Part shown: positions 28,575 through 38,507 of the stretch, in pieces
Position numbering within the stretch: the stretch's first letter is position 1
How the letters are laid out: every line of letters begins with the position of its first letter
The notes under the pieces: generated by a model
What the model was told of the DNA's origin: nothing
Database searches by the model: none
Seen by the model: the letters and a program-made list of their open reading frames with translations, nothing else
Translations under genes and position numbers: made by a program
Assembly (NCBI GenBank): GCA_035291225.1
Contig: DATDSO010000010.1
Coordinates: 82,090-146,089 of the forward strand
Origin: an archaeon
GTDB taxonomy: Archaea > Aenigmatarchaeota > Aenigmatarchaeia > Aenigmatarchaeales > JACQIB01
DNA: 64,000 nucleotides
Reading direction: 5' to 3'

Positions 28575-30206
28575 ATGGAAAAAAGTTTATTCTGGGCAGA
28601 CCAGCTCGCGGATGAAGTCGAAGCTCGGGCGAAAAAAGAAAAACTTCCAGCAGTAGTGCGCTGCGGGCAAACACCAAGCGGTGGCAAGCATATTGGAAAC
28701 CTGAACGATGTTGTGCGCGCATATTTTGTTTACAAATCCCTTTTAGAGCGCGGAGTTGAAGCAAAATTTATCCATTCAAGTGATGACCGTGATCCACTGA
28801 AAGACGTTCCTAAAAGAATTGCAGACTTGGAGGGAAACTGGCACGACTCCGCGAAATTCCCAGAGCTGAAAAATTTTCTTGGAAAACCATTGTGCAGAAT
28901 TCCTGACCCGTTCAAATGCTGCAGCTCTTGGTCAGAGCACTTCACAAAAGTCTGGGAAATTGGCTTGAACGCAATTGGAATGAAACCGAAAATTGTTTCC
29001 AATGATGAATACTACAAAGCTGGAAAGTTTGAGCCTTACATAAAAAAATTTTTTGAAAAAATAAAAGCTGCTGGAAAAATCGCAGCGAAATTCCAGCAGA
29101 CAAAATCCGAGGACTACATTCCATTTGACGCAATCTGCCCAAAATGCGGAACGCTCACTAACATTTCTTCCTTTGATTTGAAAACGAAAAAAGTTTTTTT
29201 CACTTGCGGGGGCAAAGCAATAAAGAAAAAAACAGCCGAGGGCTGCGGGTTTGAAGGCTCTGTCCCATGGTCAGAGGGAAAATTGCAGTGGAGGTTTGAA
29301 TGGCCTGCTCAGTGGGCAATTGAGAAAACAACTTTTGAGCCAATGGGAAAAGACCACTGGGAAGGCTCTTGGAAAAGCGGGGAAGTTATCGCGCGCGAAA
29401 TTTTTGAAATTGAGCCGCCGATTCCGTATGTTTATGAATTTTTTCTTGTTGACGGGCAGAAAATGTCCGCGAGCGTTGGGAATGTTATAATAGTTCAGGA
29501 TATTTTGAAAGTCATTGAGCCGGAAATTTTTATTTACTTTTACACAAAAAGGCCAGGAAAGCAAAGGGATTTTTCAATGAAAGAAATTTTCAGGCTTGCT
29601 GATGAGTTTGAGAATGTTGAGAAAAGATATTTTGAGCACGAGAAGATGGAAGATGAACACGAAAAAGCAAATATTGAGCGCTCCTATTTCATGAGCATGG
29701 AAAAAATTCCGAAAAGTTTGCCAGTAAGAATTCCATTTACTTTCGCCAGCATGGTTAGCCAGATTGTTCCAAGCGAAAAAATGCTTGAGAAAGCGCTCGT
29801 GCTTTTGAAATCAACCGGGCATGTTTCTGGAAAAATTTCCGAGGCTGATAAAAAAATAATTTTGCAGAGGCTGGAGCGCGCGAAATTCTGGGCTGAGAAT
29901 TATGCGCCGCCGGAATACAAAATAAAATTGCTGGACGCGCCGGCGGTAGAAATAATTTCAAAATTGAGCACAGGGCAAAAGCTTGCCCTGCATGATTTGG
30001 AAAAGGATTTGCTGAAAAAAACTTTCAAAGAAAAAGAATTGTATGGCCGAGCGATGGAAATTGCAAAAGCCCGCGGGCTTGATGCAAAAGAATTTTTCTC
30101 TGCCGCTTACTTGGTTCTTTTGGGAAGAGAGCAGGGCCCGAGGCTCGCGCAGTTTATTTTGGCTGTTGGGCAGGAAGAGGTTGCGAAGAGGATTGAGAAA
30201 CTTTAG
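28575..30206 (+). CDS. lysS: Class I lysyl-tRNA synthetase
   Basis: FWADQ, TPSGGKHIGN, GKLQWRFEWP, GKDH, KMSASVGN, GPRL. Confidence 0.97.
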   Translation: MEKSLFWADQLADEVEARAKKEKLPAVVRCGQTPSGGKHIGNLNDVVRAYFVYKSLLERGVEAKFIHSSDDRDPLKDVPKRIADLEGNWHDSAKFPELKNFLGKPLCRIPDPFKCCSSWSEHFTKVWEIGLNAIGMKPKIVSNDEYYKAGKFEPYIKKFFEKIKAAGKIAAKFQQTKSEDYIPFDAICPKCGTLTNISSFDLKTKKVFFTCGGKAIKKKTAEGCGFEGSVPWSEGKLQWRFEWPAQWAIEKTTFEPMGKDHWEGSWKSGEVIAREIFEIEPPIPYVYEFFLVDGQKMSASVGNVIIVQDILKVIEPEIFIYFYTKRPGKQRDFSMKEIFRLADEFENVEKRYFEHEKMEDEHEKANIERSYFMSMEKIPKSLPVRIPFTFASMVSQIVPSEKMLEKALVLLKSTGHVSGKISEADKKIILQRLERAKFWAENYAPPEYKIKLLDAPAVEIISKLSTGQKLALHDLEKDLLKKTFKEKELYGRAMEIAKARGLDAKEFFSAAYLVLLGREQGPRLAQFILAVGQEEVAKRIEKL

Positions 30207-30210
30207 AATT

Positions 30211-30564
30211 TTATTCAACCAAAATTTCATCTTCTTCAGACCAAGGCGGATTGCAAGCAACCAATATCTCCGCGTCTTCTTTGCTGGTTTTCCATGCCTT
30301 ATGATTTGTATTTGGAAAAATCATTATCATCTGACCGTTTTTCAGATGTTCAATTTTCTGGTCAATCTCCACATCTATTGAGCCTTTTAACACATAATAA
30401 ACTTCTGTAAGTTTTCTGTGATAATGTTTTTTTGTAGAATCTTTTATTGTGATATGAACAAAATCCATTCCCAAAAAATCTTTAGAATCTGTCAGCTTTC
30501 TCATTACACCACATGAAATTTTCTTTGGTTCCGCGGCTTTGATATCTCTTGTTATATGTGGCAT
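30211..30564 (-). CDS. Cupin domain protein
   Basis: HYHRKLTEVYYVLKG...PNTNH. Confidence 0.9.
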   Translation of the reverse strand: MPHITRDIKAAEPKKISCGVMRKLTDSKDFLGMDFVHITIKDSTKKHYHRKLTEVYYVLKGSIDVEIDQKIEHLKNGQMIMIFPNTNHKAWKTSKEDAEILVACNPPWSEEDEILVE

Positions 30565-30566
30565 AA

Positions 30567-31301
30567 CTACTTCCCAAACCTTCTCTCCCTCTTCTGAAAA
30601 TCCTCAATCGCTGCAAAAAAATCTTCCTTTGTCAATTCAGGCCATGCTTTTTCAAGAAAAGCAAATTCGCTGTAAGCAGACTGCCACAAAAGAAAATTGG
30701 AAATTCTGCGCTCGCCGCCAGTTCGTATAATCAAATCAGGATATGGCTGGCCGTTTGTGTAAAGAGTGTGGCGGACTAAATCCTCTGTAATAATTTTCGG
30801 ATCAATTAATCCCTCGGAAACCTGCTTCGCAATTTTTACCACAGCATCAGTAATCTCTTCCTGACCGCCGTAGGCAATTGCAAAATTCAAAAAGAATTTG
30901 CTGTAATTTTTTGTTGCTTCTTCGGCTGCGCGAATTGCTTTCTGGACTTTTTCAGGAAGCATCCAGATGCGGCCGATGACTTTTATATTTATTTCATTTT
31001 CAATCATATCTTTATTTTCTCCGCGTGCAATTTCCAGAAAATTTCTTTCCATTAGATCCATAATAAAATCAAACTCCTCTTTCGGGCGGCCGAAATTCTG
31101 TATCGAAAAAGAATAGAAAGTCGCGCGCTTTATCCCAAGCTCTTTGCACCACTCGCAGAACTCGCGGACTTTTTTCGCGCCCCACTCATGTCCTTTCCAC
31201 GGCTGGAGCATTAATCTCTTTGCGAAGCGGCGGTTGCCATCCATTATAATTCCAATATGCTCGGGAATTTTTCCTGCGGATAAATCTGTCATAAAGCTCA
31301 T
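30567..31301 (-). CDS. uppS: cis-prenyl (undecaprenyl-type) diphosphate synthase
   Basis: HIGIIMDGNRR, YGGQEE, DLIIRTGGERRISNFLLWQ. Confidence 0.97.
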   Translation of the reverse strand: MSFMTDLSAGKIPEHIGIIMDGNRRFAKRLMLQPWKGHEWGAKKVREFCEWCKELGIKRATFYSFSIQNFGRPKEEFDFIMDLMERNFLEIARGENKDMIENEINIKVIGRIWMLPEKVQKAIRAAEEATKNYSKFFLNFAIAYGGQEEITDAVVKIAKQVSEGLIDPKIITEDLVRHTLYTNGQPYPDLIIRTGGERRISNFLLWQSAYSEFAFLEKAWPELTKEDFFAAIEDFQKRERRFGK

Positions 31302-31337
31302 GCAGGCTTCGAAATCAATATTTAAAAAGTTTCCATA

Positions 31338-33434
31338 TCAGGCGTTCGTTTCTTGTTCCTCTTCTTCAGAATCTTGTTCTTCGTACACCTCGCTTACGCT
31401 GCCGAGTATTGTTCCGAATACATCTGTTGGATCTTTAATTGTTTTTATCTGCCCACCGCTTTCCTCAATCAGTTGAGTGAGTGCATTTTTTGCAGGATAT
31501 TTAACTATATGCAAAAGCGCAAGTTTGTTTCCGCGAGAAGTTGCTGTGCGTATAAACTCATTTGTTTCCTCGCTGATTTGGGAATTAAGTTCATCGATTT
31601 CGGCATCGGTTATCAAAACAGTAAAAACTGGATCTTTGTTTTTCTTGAGGATTTGTGTCATTGTTCCAGAAGGCAGAATTGTTCCTCCATTGGCTTCCTC
31701 TTTTGCCAAAAACACATTTTCGGCGCGCATGTAATTGGTTGTCCATTCTGTGTGCAGTTCTTCTGGGTATGGATCTGCATACGTTGCGCTGAAGTCAAGA
31801 GCGGCAACTCTTGCTCCGTGCTTTCCAGCTAAATCAAGAGCAGCAAAGGCTCCGACATTAGCTGACTCGTATTTTTTATCAAAAGCCATACTTCCAGAAG
31901 AGTCTCTGATGATAAGCAGATCAGGCCTTGCTACATAAACTTTGTGGCCTTTTCTAACCATCCTTGTTCTTTCTTTTAGCGTTGTTCTTCCCGGAATCAT
32001 TTCTGGAGAAATTGAAAGGGATTTCTGCACATCCAACTCTTCAACAGAGTCCCCGATATTCCACTTGCCAAAATATGTTCTTCTCGGTCTCCCTCTTCCT
32101 TTCTGAGTGGGCTTAACTTCCATCAAGTTTGCCGCTTTAACCCTGTACCAATATCTTTTTAATTCTCCCTCTTGAATGCCGGCTGCGCTCATAACTACTT
32201 TAAAATTTTCATAATTATTTTCATTTCTGCTGAAAGCTTCGGAAGCGTAAGCAGCCTGCTCTTCCTCGCTCATTTGCGGCGTGGTGCCTACCATGGCTCT
32301 TATATCAATCGGCAAACCTGCTTTGTTGGGGTATTCTTTTTTATCAGAGCATTTGCAGCCCGCGCCCTCTCCTTCTTTTTTCTCCTCTTGTTTTGATTTT
32401 CTTTGCGGCCTTCCTTGACCTCTGCCTTCAACAGGAATTGAAGGCGGCGCATATCTCCTTCCTTCCTGATCTTTAGATTTTTCATCTCCTTTTAACTTCT
32501 TTAAAATTCTTTTAATTATTTCACCTCTTCCGAAACCCGGCTCTTTCTCTTCTTGCTCTTTTCCTGGGCTTCCTCCCTGACCGCCGCTACCATCAACAGG
32601 CAGCCCCATATTTCCTTTCATACTTTGGTCTTGTTTCATTTGCTGGTTTTGTAATCTTTGCTGCTCTCTTAAAGCATCTTTTCTCATCACAGGCCCAATA
32701 ACTTTAGAGAACTCGCCGATCTTATCGTACCAGAGGCCCGAATCCCTATAATCTTTTCCAAGAACTTCTGCAACTCTTTCCGCTGCTTCTACTTCATGCC
32801 TGCTTAATCCTAAAGCTTCAACACCAAGATCAGTGTTCCACATTGATTCGTATGCTTTGTGAAATATTTTTACTGACTGGGATGCTTCCCCTTCCAATTT
32901 TTTATCCACGAGATTTTTAACATATTTCATGAATTCCCTTCGCCACCATTCCACAGTCTGGGAATTTGTTTTCTTTCCATAGCCATCTCTTCTCCAAGTG
33001 TCAATTACTATATCTCCGAATAGATTTACAATATTGTTTGCGTAATCAGGGACATGATCTCGTGGTATATTTTCTCCTGCCAATGATTTTGAAACAGCAT
33101 CAACCATTGCTGCCCTAGTTCTAATATCAAATGGAAAAATCTTGTAGTGAGTAATTTCATGCTCTGCACACTGCTGAAAATAATCTTCCTTCTCCCTTTC
33201 TGTCAAGCTGTCAGGTATTGCTGCTGCATTTAAATGCGGCCTCGCGCCTTCGTGCCATTCCAAACAAAAGGGGGACGGATCAGCAGGATCATAAATTATT
33301 TCAGGATCCGGAAGCTCGTTGCATGCTCTCATATTCCAACAGGCTCTATTGTAAACGCCTCCCCATCTTTGAAGATCAGCAGGGCTTTGAGGCTTTGCCT
33401 CTCTATCGCTTGCATCGGAGTTGTGTTCTGTCAT
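31338..33434 (-). CDS. Zincin (HExxH) domain, low-complexity linker and VWA domain protein
   Basis: EHEITHY and a downstream N...D; Q/G/E/K-rich linker; MIDAS DSSGSM...GGT...ITD. Confidence 0.85.
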   Translation of the reverse strand: MTEHNSDASDREAKPQSPADLQRWGGVYNRACWNMRACNELPDPEIIYDPADPSPFCLEWHEGARPHLNAAAIPDSLTEREKEDYFQQCAEHEITHYKIFPFDIRTRAAMVDAVSKSLAGENIPRDHVPDYANNIVNLFGDIVIDTWRRDGYGKKTNSQTVEWWRREFMKYVKNLVDKKLEGEASQSVKIFHKAYESMWNTDLGVEALGLSRHEVEAAERVAEVLGKDYRDSGLWYDKIGEFSKVIGPVMRKDALREQQRLQNQQMKQDQSMKGNMGLPVDGSGGQGGSPGKEQEEKEPGFGRGEIIKRILKKLKGDEKSKDQEGRRYAPPSIPVEGRGQGRPQRKSKQEEKKEGEGAGCKCSDKKEYPNKAGLPIDIRAMVGTTPQMSEEEQAAYASEAFSRNENNYENFKVVMSAAGIQEGELKRYWYRVKAANLMEVKPTQKGRGRPRRTYFGKWNIGDSVEELDVQKSLSISPEMIPGRTTLKERTRMVRKGHKVYVARPDLLIIRDSSGSMAFDKKYESANVGAFAALDLAGKHGARVAALDFSATYADPYPEELHTEWTTNYMRAENVFLAKEEANGGTILPSGTMTQILKKNKDPVFTVLITDAEIDELNSQISEETNEFIRTATSRGNKLALLHIVKYPAKNALTQLIEESGGQIKTIKDPTDVFGTILGSVSEVYEEQDSEEEEQETNA

Positions 33435-33448
33435 TATCTCACCATAAA

Positions 33449-34219
33449 TTAAGGTTTGGTTCCTTTGTAGGTAGCAAAAACTTCATGAAATTTTTTCAAA
33501 ATTGACACAACGGTTTTAATCCCATATTTTTGTGCTGTTTTTCCAATAGAATCAAGCGGCGGAAGCTGCCTTAGCAAATGATTACCCCATTGATTATATT
33601 CCAATTCAGTGGGCGCTTCTATTTTTTTGTCTTCCAACGCATCCACTAAAACAGCCGTCATAATGGGGCGCATATCTTTGGGCATAAGCAGCGCAATCAT
33701 GTAAGGGTGGGCCACTTTTGCTCGCTTTTGTTTGACATCGGTATCTTCATTATAATTCTGCCCCGGCACATTTACATCAGTAACTTTACTCCCTTCTAAA
33801 AAATATTCCGGGAACAAAATTTTTAGATTTTCCAAATCAACAACTTCTCCAACATCTGCCACATCTGTTTCCAGCAAATATGGATTTATTCTTTTTAACA
33901 ATGAATGCCAAACAGGTCTTTTTAGCTCTACTTTCGAATTAAATCTGTTAACTCGCCTTTCTCCCGTATCAAAGTTCGGAACTAATGTTATGCAGTGCGG
34001 TCCAGCATATCTGATAAACAAATTGTCATGTCCATAAATTTTGCATAAATATTCTCCAAGAACTTTTTCCATTTGCTCAATCAATTGCGGCGGAGTTCCA
34101 TCGCCAGAAGGCGGGGCTTTCTCCGCATCCTTTAGGCTCCCGTCTCTTGGAGACACTGGCTGAGAGCCATGCCTTCTCTCAAGTGCTTCCTTTATTGATG
34201 GGCTGGATGGTTCTGCCAT
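33449..34219 (-). CDS. Hypothetical protein, paralog B
   Basis: Paralogous to the upstream gene (PYLLETD, RAKxAxPYMxAL). Confidence 0.85.
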   Translation of the reverse strand: MAEPSSPSIKEALERRHGSQPVSPRDGSLKDAEKAPPSGDGTPPQLIEQMEKVLGEYLCKIYGHDNLFIRYAGPHCITLVPNFDTGERRVNRFNSKVELKRPVWHSLLKRINPYLLETDVADVGEVVDLENLKILFPEYFLEGSKVTDVNVPGQNYNEDTDVKQKRAKVAHPYMIALLMPKDMRPIMTAVLVDALEDKKIEAPTELEYNQWGNHLLRQLPPLDSIGKTAQKYGIKTVVSILKKFHEVFATYKGTKP

Positions 34220-34224
34220 AAAAA

Positions 34225-35019
34225 TCAATTTCTGCCTCTGTAAAGATTTGCAACATCAACAACTGCTTTTATTATGGGCTTCAAATCTTTCACTCCGTAT
34301 TCTTCTGCTACTTTAGCAAAACATTCTAAAGGCGGAACAGAGCCCCAAAGACAGCTTGCAACTCTCCCCATTTTAACCTCCGTTGGAACAATAACCATTT
34401 TATTTTTTATTGCGAGGGTTATCACAGCTGTTACATATGGCCTGACATCAGGCACTACAGATAACGCAAGCATATATGGATTTGCCAGTTTAGCTCGTCT
34501 GATATTTTCAGCTTCATTATTATAATCATTATCAACGAATGTCTCTCTAAAAGTTTCCAAAGCAGGAATTTCAGGTAACATATCCTTCAAAGCTTCCAAG
34601 CTAACAGCTTCTTCAACCTGAGCCAGATCTGTTTCCAGAAGATATGGAGATTTTTTTCTCAAAATAGAACGCCACATCTGCCTGCTCACACTGTCAGCTA
34701 ATCTTGGCTTAAAGCTACTTAAATTAGAATTTTGAAATACTGGCTCAACGAAAAGCAAGTAAGGCCCCATCCCTTTTAATGAAAAATGGTCATTTTCATA
34801 AATTTTATGAAGGCAGTCTCCCAACACCACTTCCATTTCTTCGAGAAGTTCTATCGGTATTTCACCTGTATGCGCAGAAAATTTTTTTCCGGCCTTTTCG
34901 CTTTCACTGCTATCTGAACCGCTCCCGTCTCTTGGGGATACTGGCTGAGAGCCATGCCTGCGTTCAAGAGCCTCTTTAATTGATGGGCTTGATGGAGGAC
35001 TTGGAGGTCCGCTTTCCAT
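34225..35019 (-). CDS. Hypothetical protein, paralog A
   Basis: Paralogous to the downstream gene; GAGGTGA SD before the ATG at 35019. Confidence 0.85.
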   Translation of the reverse strand: MESGPPSPPSSPSIKEALERRHGSQPVSPRDGSGSDSSESEKAGKKFSAHTGEIPIELLEEMEVVLGDCLHKIYENDHFSLKGMGPYLLFVEPVFQNSNLSSFKPRLADSVSRQMWRSILRKKSPYLLETDLAQVEEAVSLEALKDMLPEIPALETFRETFVDNDYNNEAENIRRAKLANPYMLALSVVPDVRPYVTAVITLAIKNKMVIVPTEVKMGRVASCLWGSVPPLECFAKVAEEYGVKDLKPIIKAVVDVANLYRGRN

Positions 35020-35023
35020 TTTA

Positions 35024-36502
35024 TCACCTCTGTCCACTGCCGGGGTTTCTAAGTCTCTCGCGTATTAACGCCCTAAGTTGGTTTTGCGCACCCAGAGGCA
35101 AAGAACGGTATTCAGGTCTTCTCAAGTCTAACATCATTGTTGCAAGCTCTTGCGGATTTTTCATGCCGCCGATGCGGCCAACATTGTCTCTGTAAAGAGC
35201 ACTGTCCATTCCTTCAACAAAAGGAACCATATCTAATTTCACAATCAAGTCATCAAACTGTTGAAGCTTTTGGACATCTGAAGAATTTCCTTTGCCTTCC
35301 AGCAGAGTAAGGTAAATTTTTTCTGCTTCCAGTCTCTGATCCAACTTTCTCATGGAAATTTTCCAAGCGTCTCCAACCATTTCCATGAGGTTTCCATTAT
35401 AAGGGTCTTTCATCAAAATTTGATCATTGGGTTTTATTCTATGATATAAAGCATACGGGGCCATAGCTCCAGCAACCTCTACTGAAACCGAAGGCTGATC
35501 CAAAAGCCATGCAACTCTTTTTGCAACTTTGCTCCATCTTTCATGAGTTCTTGTGGAAATGTGGGCATCGGTCATCTGGCATGGATTTTTTATTCCAACC
35601 GCAGAAACTTTTATGTCAGTAGCATAGTGGCATTTGTTGCACAAACCTTCGGATGGTTTTCCCCTTCCTTTAGCTTTATCACCGTCGGCTTTTATGCAAA
35701 GCGATAATTCTTTTTCAAAGTAAGTCATCTGCAACATGGCATCCGAGTCAATCGGAATTTTATCTGCTTCTTTTGTTGCTTCTGTCAAATCTTCAAATGT
35801 CGTAATTTGCTCTAATCCTCTGCCATGAAGAGAAACATCTTTTCTGCCTGCAATCTCAGCCAAGTCTGCCATAGAAGCTGGCTCAACAGGGCAAGATAAA
35901 ACGAAACGGTCGTACATAGCTGGGTCAACTTCAAATGTTCCTTCTCCAAAAGGATTTATGGTTCCAAAAACTCTTTGATCGGGAACAACGAAAGCCGCGT
36001 CTGCATATTTCCAAACGCCCTCTTCTATACCTGCGAAAAACATATTCATAACTTCCGGAGAGGCTCTGTTGAACTCATCTGCCACCTTCCACCTTCCAAG
36101 CGTCCATTTTCTGGGCACAGGAACTTCTTGAGGATTATTTCTGTCCAATAATTTTGCCATGTCTGGGCGAGCGACTATTTTTTCTTCTGTTTGCTCTGGG
36201 TGAAGCCTAAGAACATTAGTTTCAATTTCTGATTCAGGTATGCCTGCAAGCATTACACCCAATGCTTTTGCTAGAGAAGTTTTTCCGTCTCCATGTCCAC
36301 CCACATATAGAATTGTGCCACCCGGTGTTATTGCTGTTGCGATTCCTAAAAATGCCGCCGCCTCATAAGATTCTCTCTGTTTTACACCACCCCGATCCAC
36401 GACAACACGAAAAGGATCGGAGCTATTCAGATAAATAAGCCTGTCTCCCAATGTGTAATAGGCGCTCATTAATTTATCTCTAAGCTTCTCTGGATTAGCC
36501 AT
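35024..36502 (-). CDS. MoxR-like AAA+ ATPase
   Basis: Walker A GGHGDGKT, Walker B VADEFNRA, sensor TINP, Arg finger DPAMYDRF; Cys cluster LC...CNKCHY...NPC. Confidence 0.9.
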   Translation of the reverse strand: MANPEKLRDKLMSAYYTLGDRLIYLNSSDPFRVVVDRGGVKQRESYEAAAFLGIATAITPGGTILYVGGHGDGKTSLAKALGVMLAGIPESEIETNVLRLHPEQTEEKIVARPDMAKLLDRNNPQEVPVPRKWTLGRWKVADEFNRASPEVMNMFFAGIEEGVWKYADAAFVVPDQRVFGTINPFGEGTFEVDPAMYDRFVLSCPVEPASMADLAEIAGRKDVSLHGRGLEQITTFEDLTEATKEADKIPIDSDAMLQMTYFEKELSLCIKADGDKAKGRGKPSEGLCNKCHYATDIKVSAVGIKNPCQMTDAHISTRTHERWSKVAKRVAWLLDQPSVSVEVAGAMAPYALYHRIKPNDQILMKDPYNGNLMEMVGDAWKISMRKLDQRLEAEKIYLTLLEGKGNSSDVQKLQQFDDLIVKLDMVPFVEGMDSALYRDNVGRIGGMKNPQELATMMLDLRRPEYRSLPLGAQNQLRALIRERLRNPGSGQR

Positions 36503-36564
36503 AAAACCACATACTCCTTAATAGAATATACCACCTATTAGTATATAAAGCTTGTGGTAAGCTG

Positions 36565-37158
36565 TTAATAAAAAAGCAAATCCGCTGTTGCAGCAGAAAC
36601 AACTGCAGGCATTGTTATCACAGCCACTTGCTTGAAAGCATCTATCCCAGCGCCTGTTCCAAGTATTGAGACAAAAATAAATGAAGTCAGAAAAGAAATT
36701 ATGTAAACCTCAACTGCGCGCAAAGCTGAGGCTCTGAAAATTTGTGTTGAGACAAACTTTCTCCTGCGCGAAAAATAAATCAGGAGAAATCCCAAAAAGA
36801 ACCCGAGAAAAATCACAGACAACATATTCAATAAATTGAGCCTAGCTGAAATATCCCAAACTTCCTGTGTTACAGTAAAGAACATCGCACCGAAAGCTGC
36901 GCCCACAAAATCCTGCGCAACAAGAATTGTCGGCTTTCCGTGGAGGAATCCAAATTCCTTTTCCTTCCTTTCTTTATACTTCAAATCTTCCAGAGCTTCA
37001 ATATCTTCTGTGATTTCCTGTGCGACTTTTTCCAGGCGCTCCTCAGCAATTTCAAGCTTGTCAGCCTCGCTCATTTTCCTTAGTTTTTTCTTTATTGTTC
37101 TGCTTTTTTCAGCAGCCGCTATCCGGCCGCGCATTTTCAAGGGAAAACCTTTTGCCAT
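36565..37158 (-). CDS. Membrane protein with N-terminal coiled coil (DUF2391-like)
   Basis: QDFVGAAFGA...TQEVW followed by 4 TM segments. Confidence 0.7.
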   Translation of the reverse strand: MAKGFPLKMRGRIAAAEKSRTIKKKLRKMSEADKLEIAEERLEKVAQEITEDIEALEDLKYKERKEKEFGFLHGKPTILVAQDFVGAAFGAMFFTVTQEVWDISARLNLLNMLSVIFLGFFLGFLLIYFSRRRKFVSTQIFRASALRAVEVYIISFLTSFIFVSILGTGAGIDAFKQVAVITMPAVVSAATADLLFY

Positions 37159-37241
37159 GAAACGCTTTCTATTGTGGAATTTAAGAAGTTTTTTTCGCTT
37201 CCGCGCAGCAGCTTTTTATACCTTGGGAAATTAGTTTCTGA

Positions 37242-38507
37242 ATGGATTCGGGGAAAAATTTTGAGGTAAAGGATTTGGGCTTGGCTGAGCAAGGCTTGAG
37301 AAATATTGAGCTTGCTGAAATGCACATGGGATCGCTTTTGAAAATCCGCGAAAGATTCTCAAAAGAAAAACCTCTTTCTGGAATCAGAATCGGGCTTGCG
37401 CTGCATATTACAAAAGAAACTGCTGTTCTCTTGAAAACTTTGAAAGCCGGCGGAGCTGAAATTGCAATTACAAGCTGCAACCCGCTTTCGACGCAAGATG
37501 ATGTTGCTGCAGCTTTAGCGAAAGAAGGATTTGCGGTCTGGGGCTACAAGGGAGAGGGCACTGAAGATTATTACAGATTTATTGAGAATGTTATAAAATT
37601 TCGGCCGCAGATTACAATTGATGACGGGATGGATTTGGTTTCGGAAATTCACAAAAAGCACGCAGAGCTCATACCAACAATTATCGGCGGCTGCGAGGAA
37701 ACAACAACCGGAGTTATTAGACTGAAAGCAATGAAAAAAGACAATGCCCTGAAGTATCCGATAATTGCAGTCAACGATAATAAAACAAAACATTTGCTGG
37801 ACAATTATTACGGAACTGGCCAGAGCACGCTTGACGGAATTATCCGCGCGTCAAATATTTTGTTCGCGGGAAAAACAGTTGTTGTCGCAGGATACGGGAG
37901 CTGCGGAAAAGGAGTTGCGCTTCGCGCGCGTGGTCTCGGGGCAAATGTGATTGTAACTGAAGTAAATTATTTCCGCGGGCTGCAGGCTGTTTATGATGGG
38001 TTCAGGGTTTTGAAAATGGAAGAGGCTGCCGGTCTTGGAGATATTTTCATTACATTAACTGGAAACACTTCTGTAATTCGCGCTGAACATTTTGAAAAAA
38101 TGAAGGACGGGGCTTTGCTTGCGAACTCCGGGCATTTTGATGTTGAGATTGATAAAAATGATTTGGAAAAAATTTCTGTTTCAAAAAAGCAAGTGCGGCC
38201 TTCGCTTGAGGAATATAAATTAAAAAATGGAAAAAGAATTTTTCTTGCGGGCGAGGGCAGGCTTGTGAATCTTGCTGCTGCTGAGGGCCATCCCTCTGAA
38301 GTCATGGCAACTTCTTTCTGCGGGCAGGCGCTTGCTGTTGAATATCTTGTGAAAAACAAAGGGCGGCTGCCGGCTGATGTGATTGTTCTGCCGGAGGAGA
38401 TTGATGATTTTATTGCGCGGCTCCAGTTGGATTCTATTGGAATAAAAATTGATGAGCTGACTGAGCAGCAGAAAAAATATTTGGGAAGCTGGAAGGAAGG
38501 GACTTAG
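37242..38507 (+). CDS. ahcY: Adenosylhomocysteinase
   Basis: SCNPLSTQD, EETTTG, GYGSCGKG, NSGHFDVE, EGRLVNL. Confidence 0.98.
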   Translation: MDSGKNFEVKDLGLAEQGLRNIELAEMHMGSLLKIRERFSKEKPLSGIRIGLALHITKETAVLLKTLKAGGAEIAITSCNPLSTQDDVAAALAKEGFAVWGYKGEGTEDYYRFIENVIKFRPQITIDDGMDLVSEIHKKHAELIPTIIGGCEETTTGVIRLKAMKKDNALKYPIIAVNDNKTKHLLDNYYGTGQSTLDGIIRASNILFAGKTVVVAGYGSCGKGVALRARGLGANVIVTEVNYFRGLQAVYDGFRVLKMEEAAGLGDIFITLTGNTSVIRAEHFEKMKDGALLANSGHFDVEIDKNDLEKISVSKKQVRPSLEEYKLKNGKRIFLAGEGRLVNLAAAEGHPSEVMATSFCGQALAVEYLVKNKGRLPADVIVLPEEIDDFIARLQLDSIGIKIDELTEQQKKYLGSWKEGT

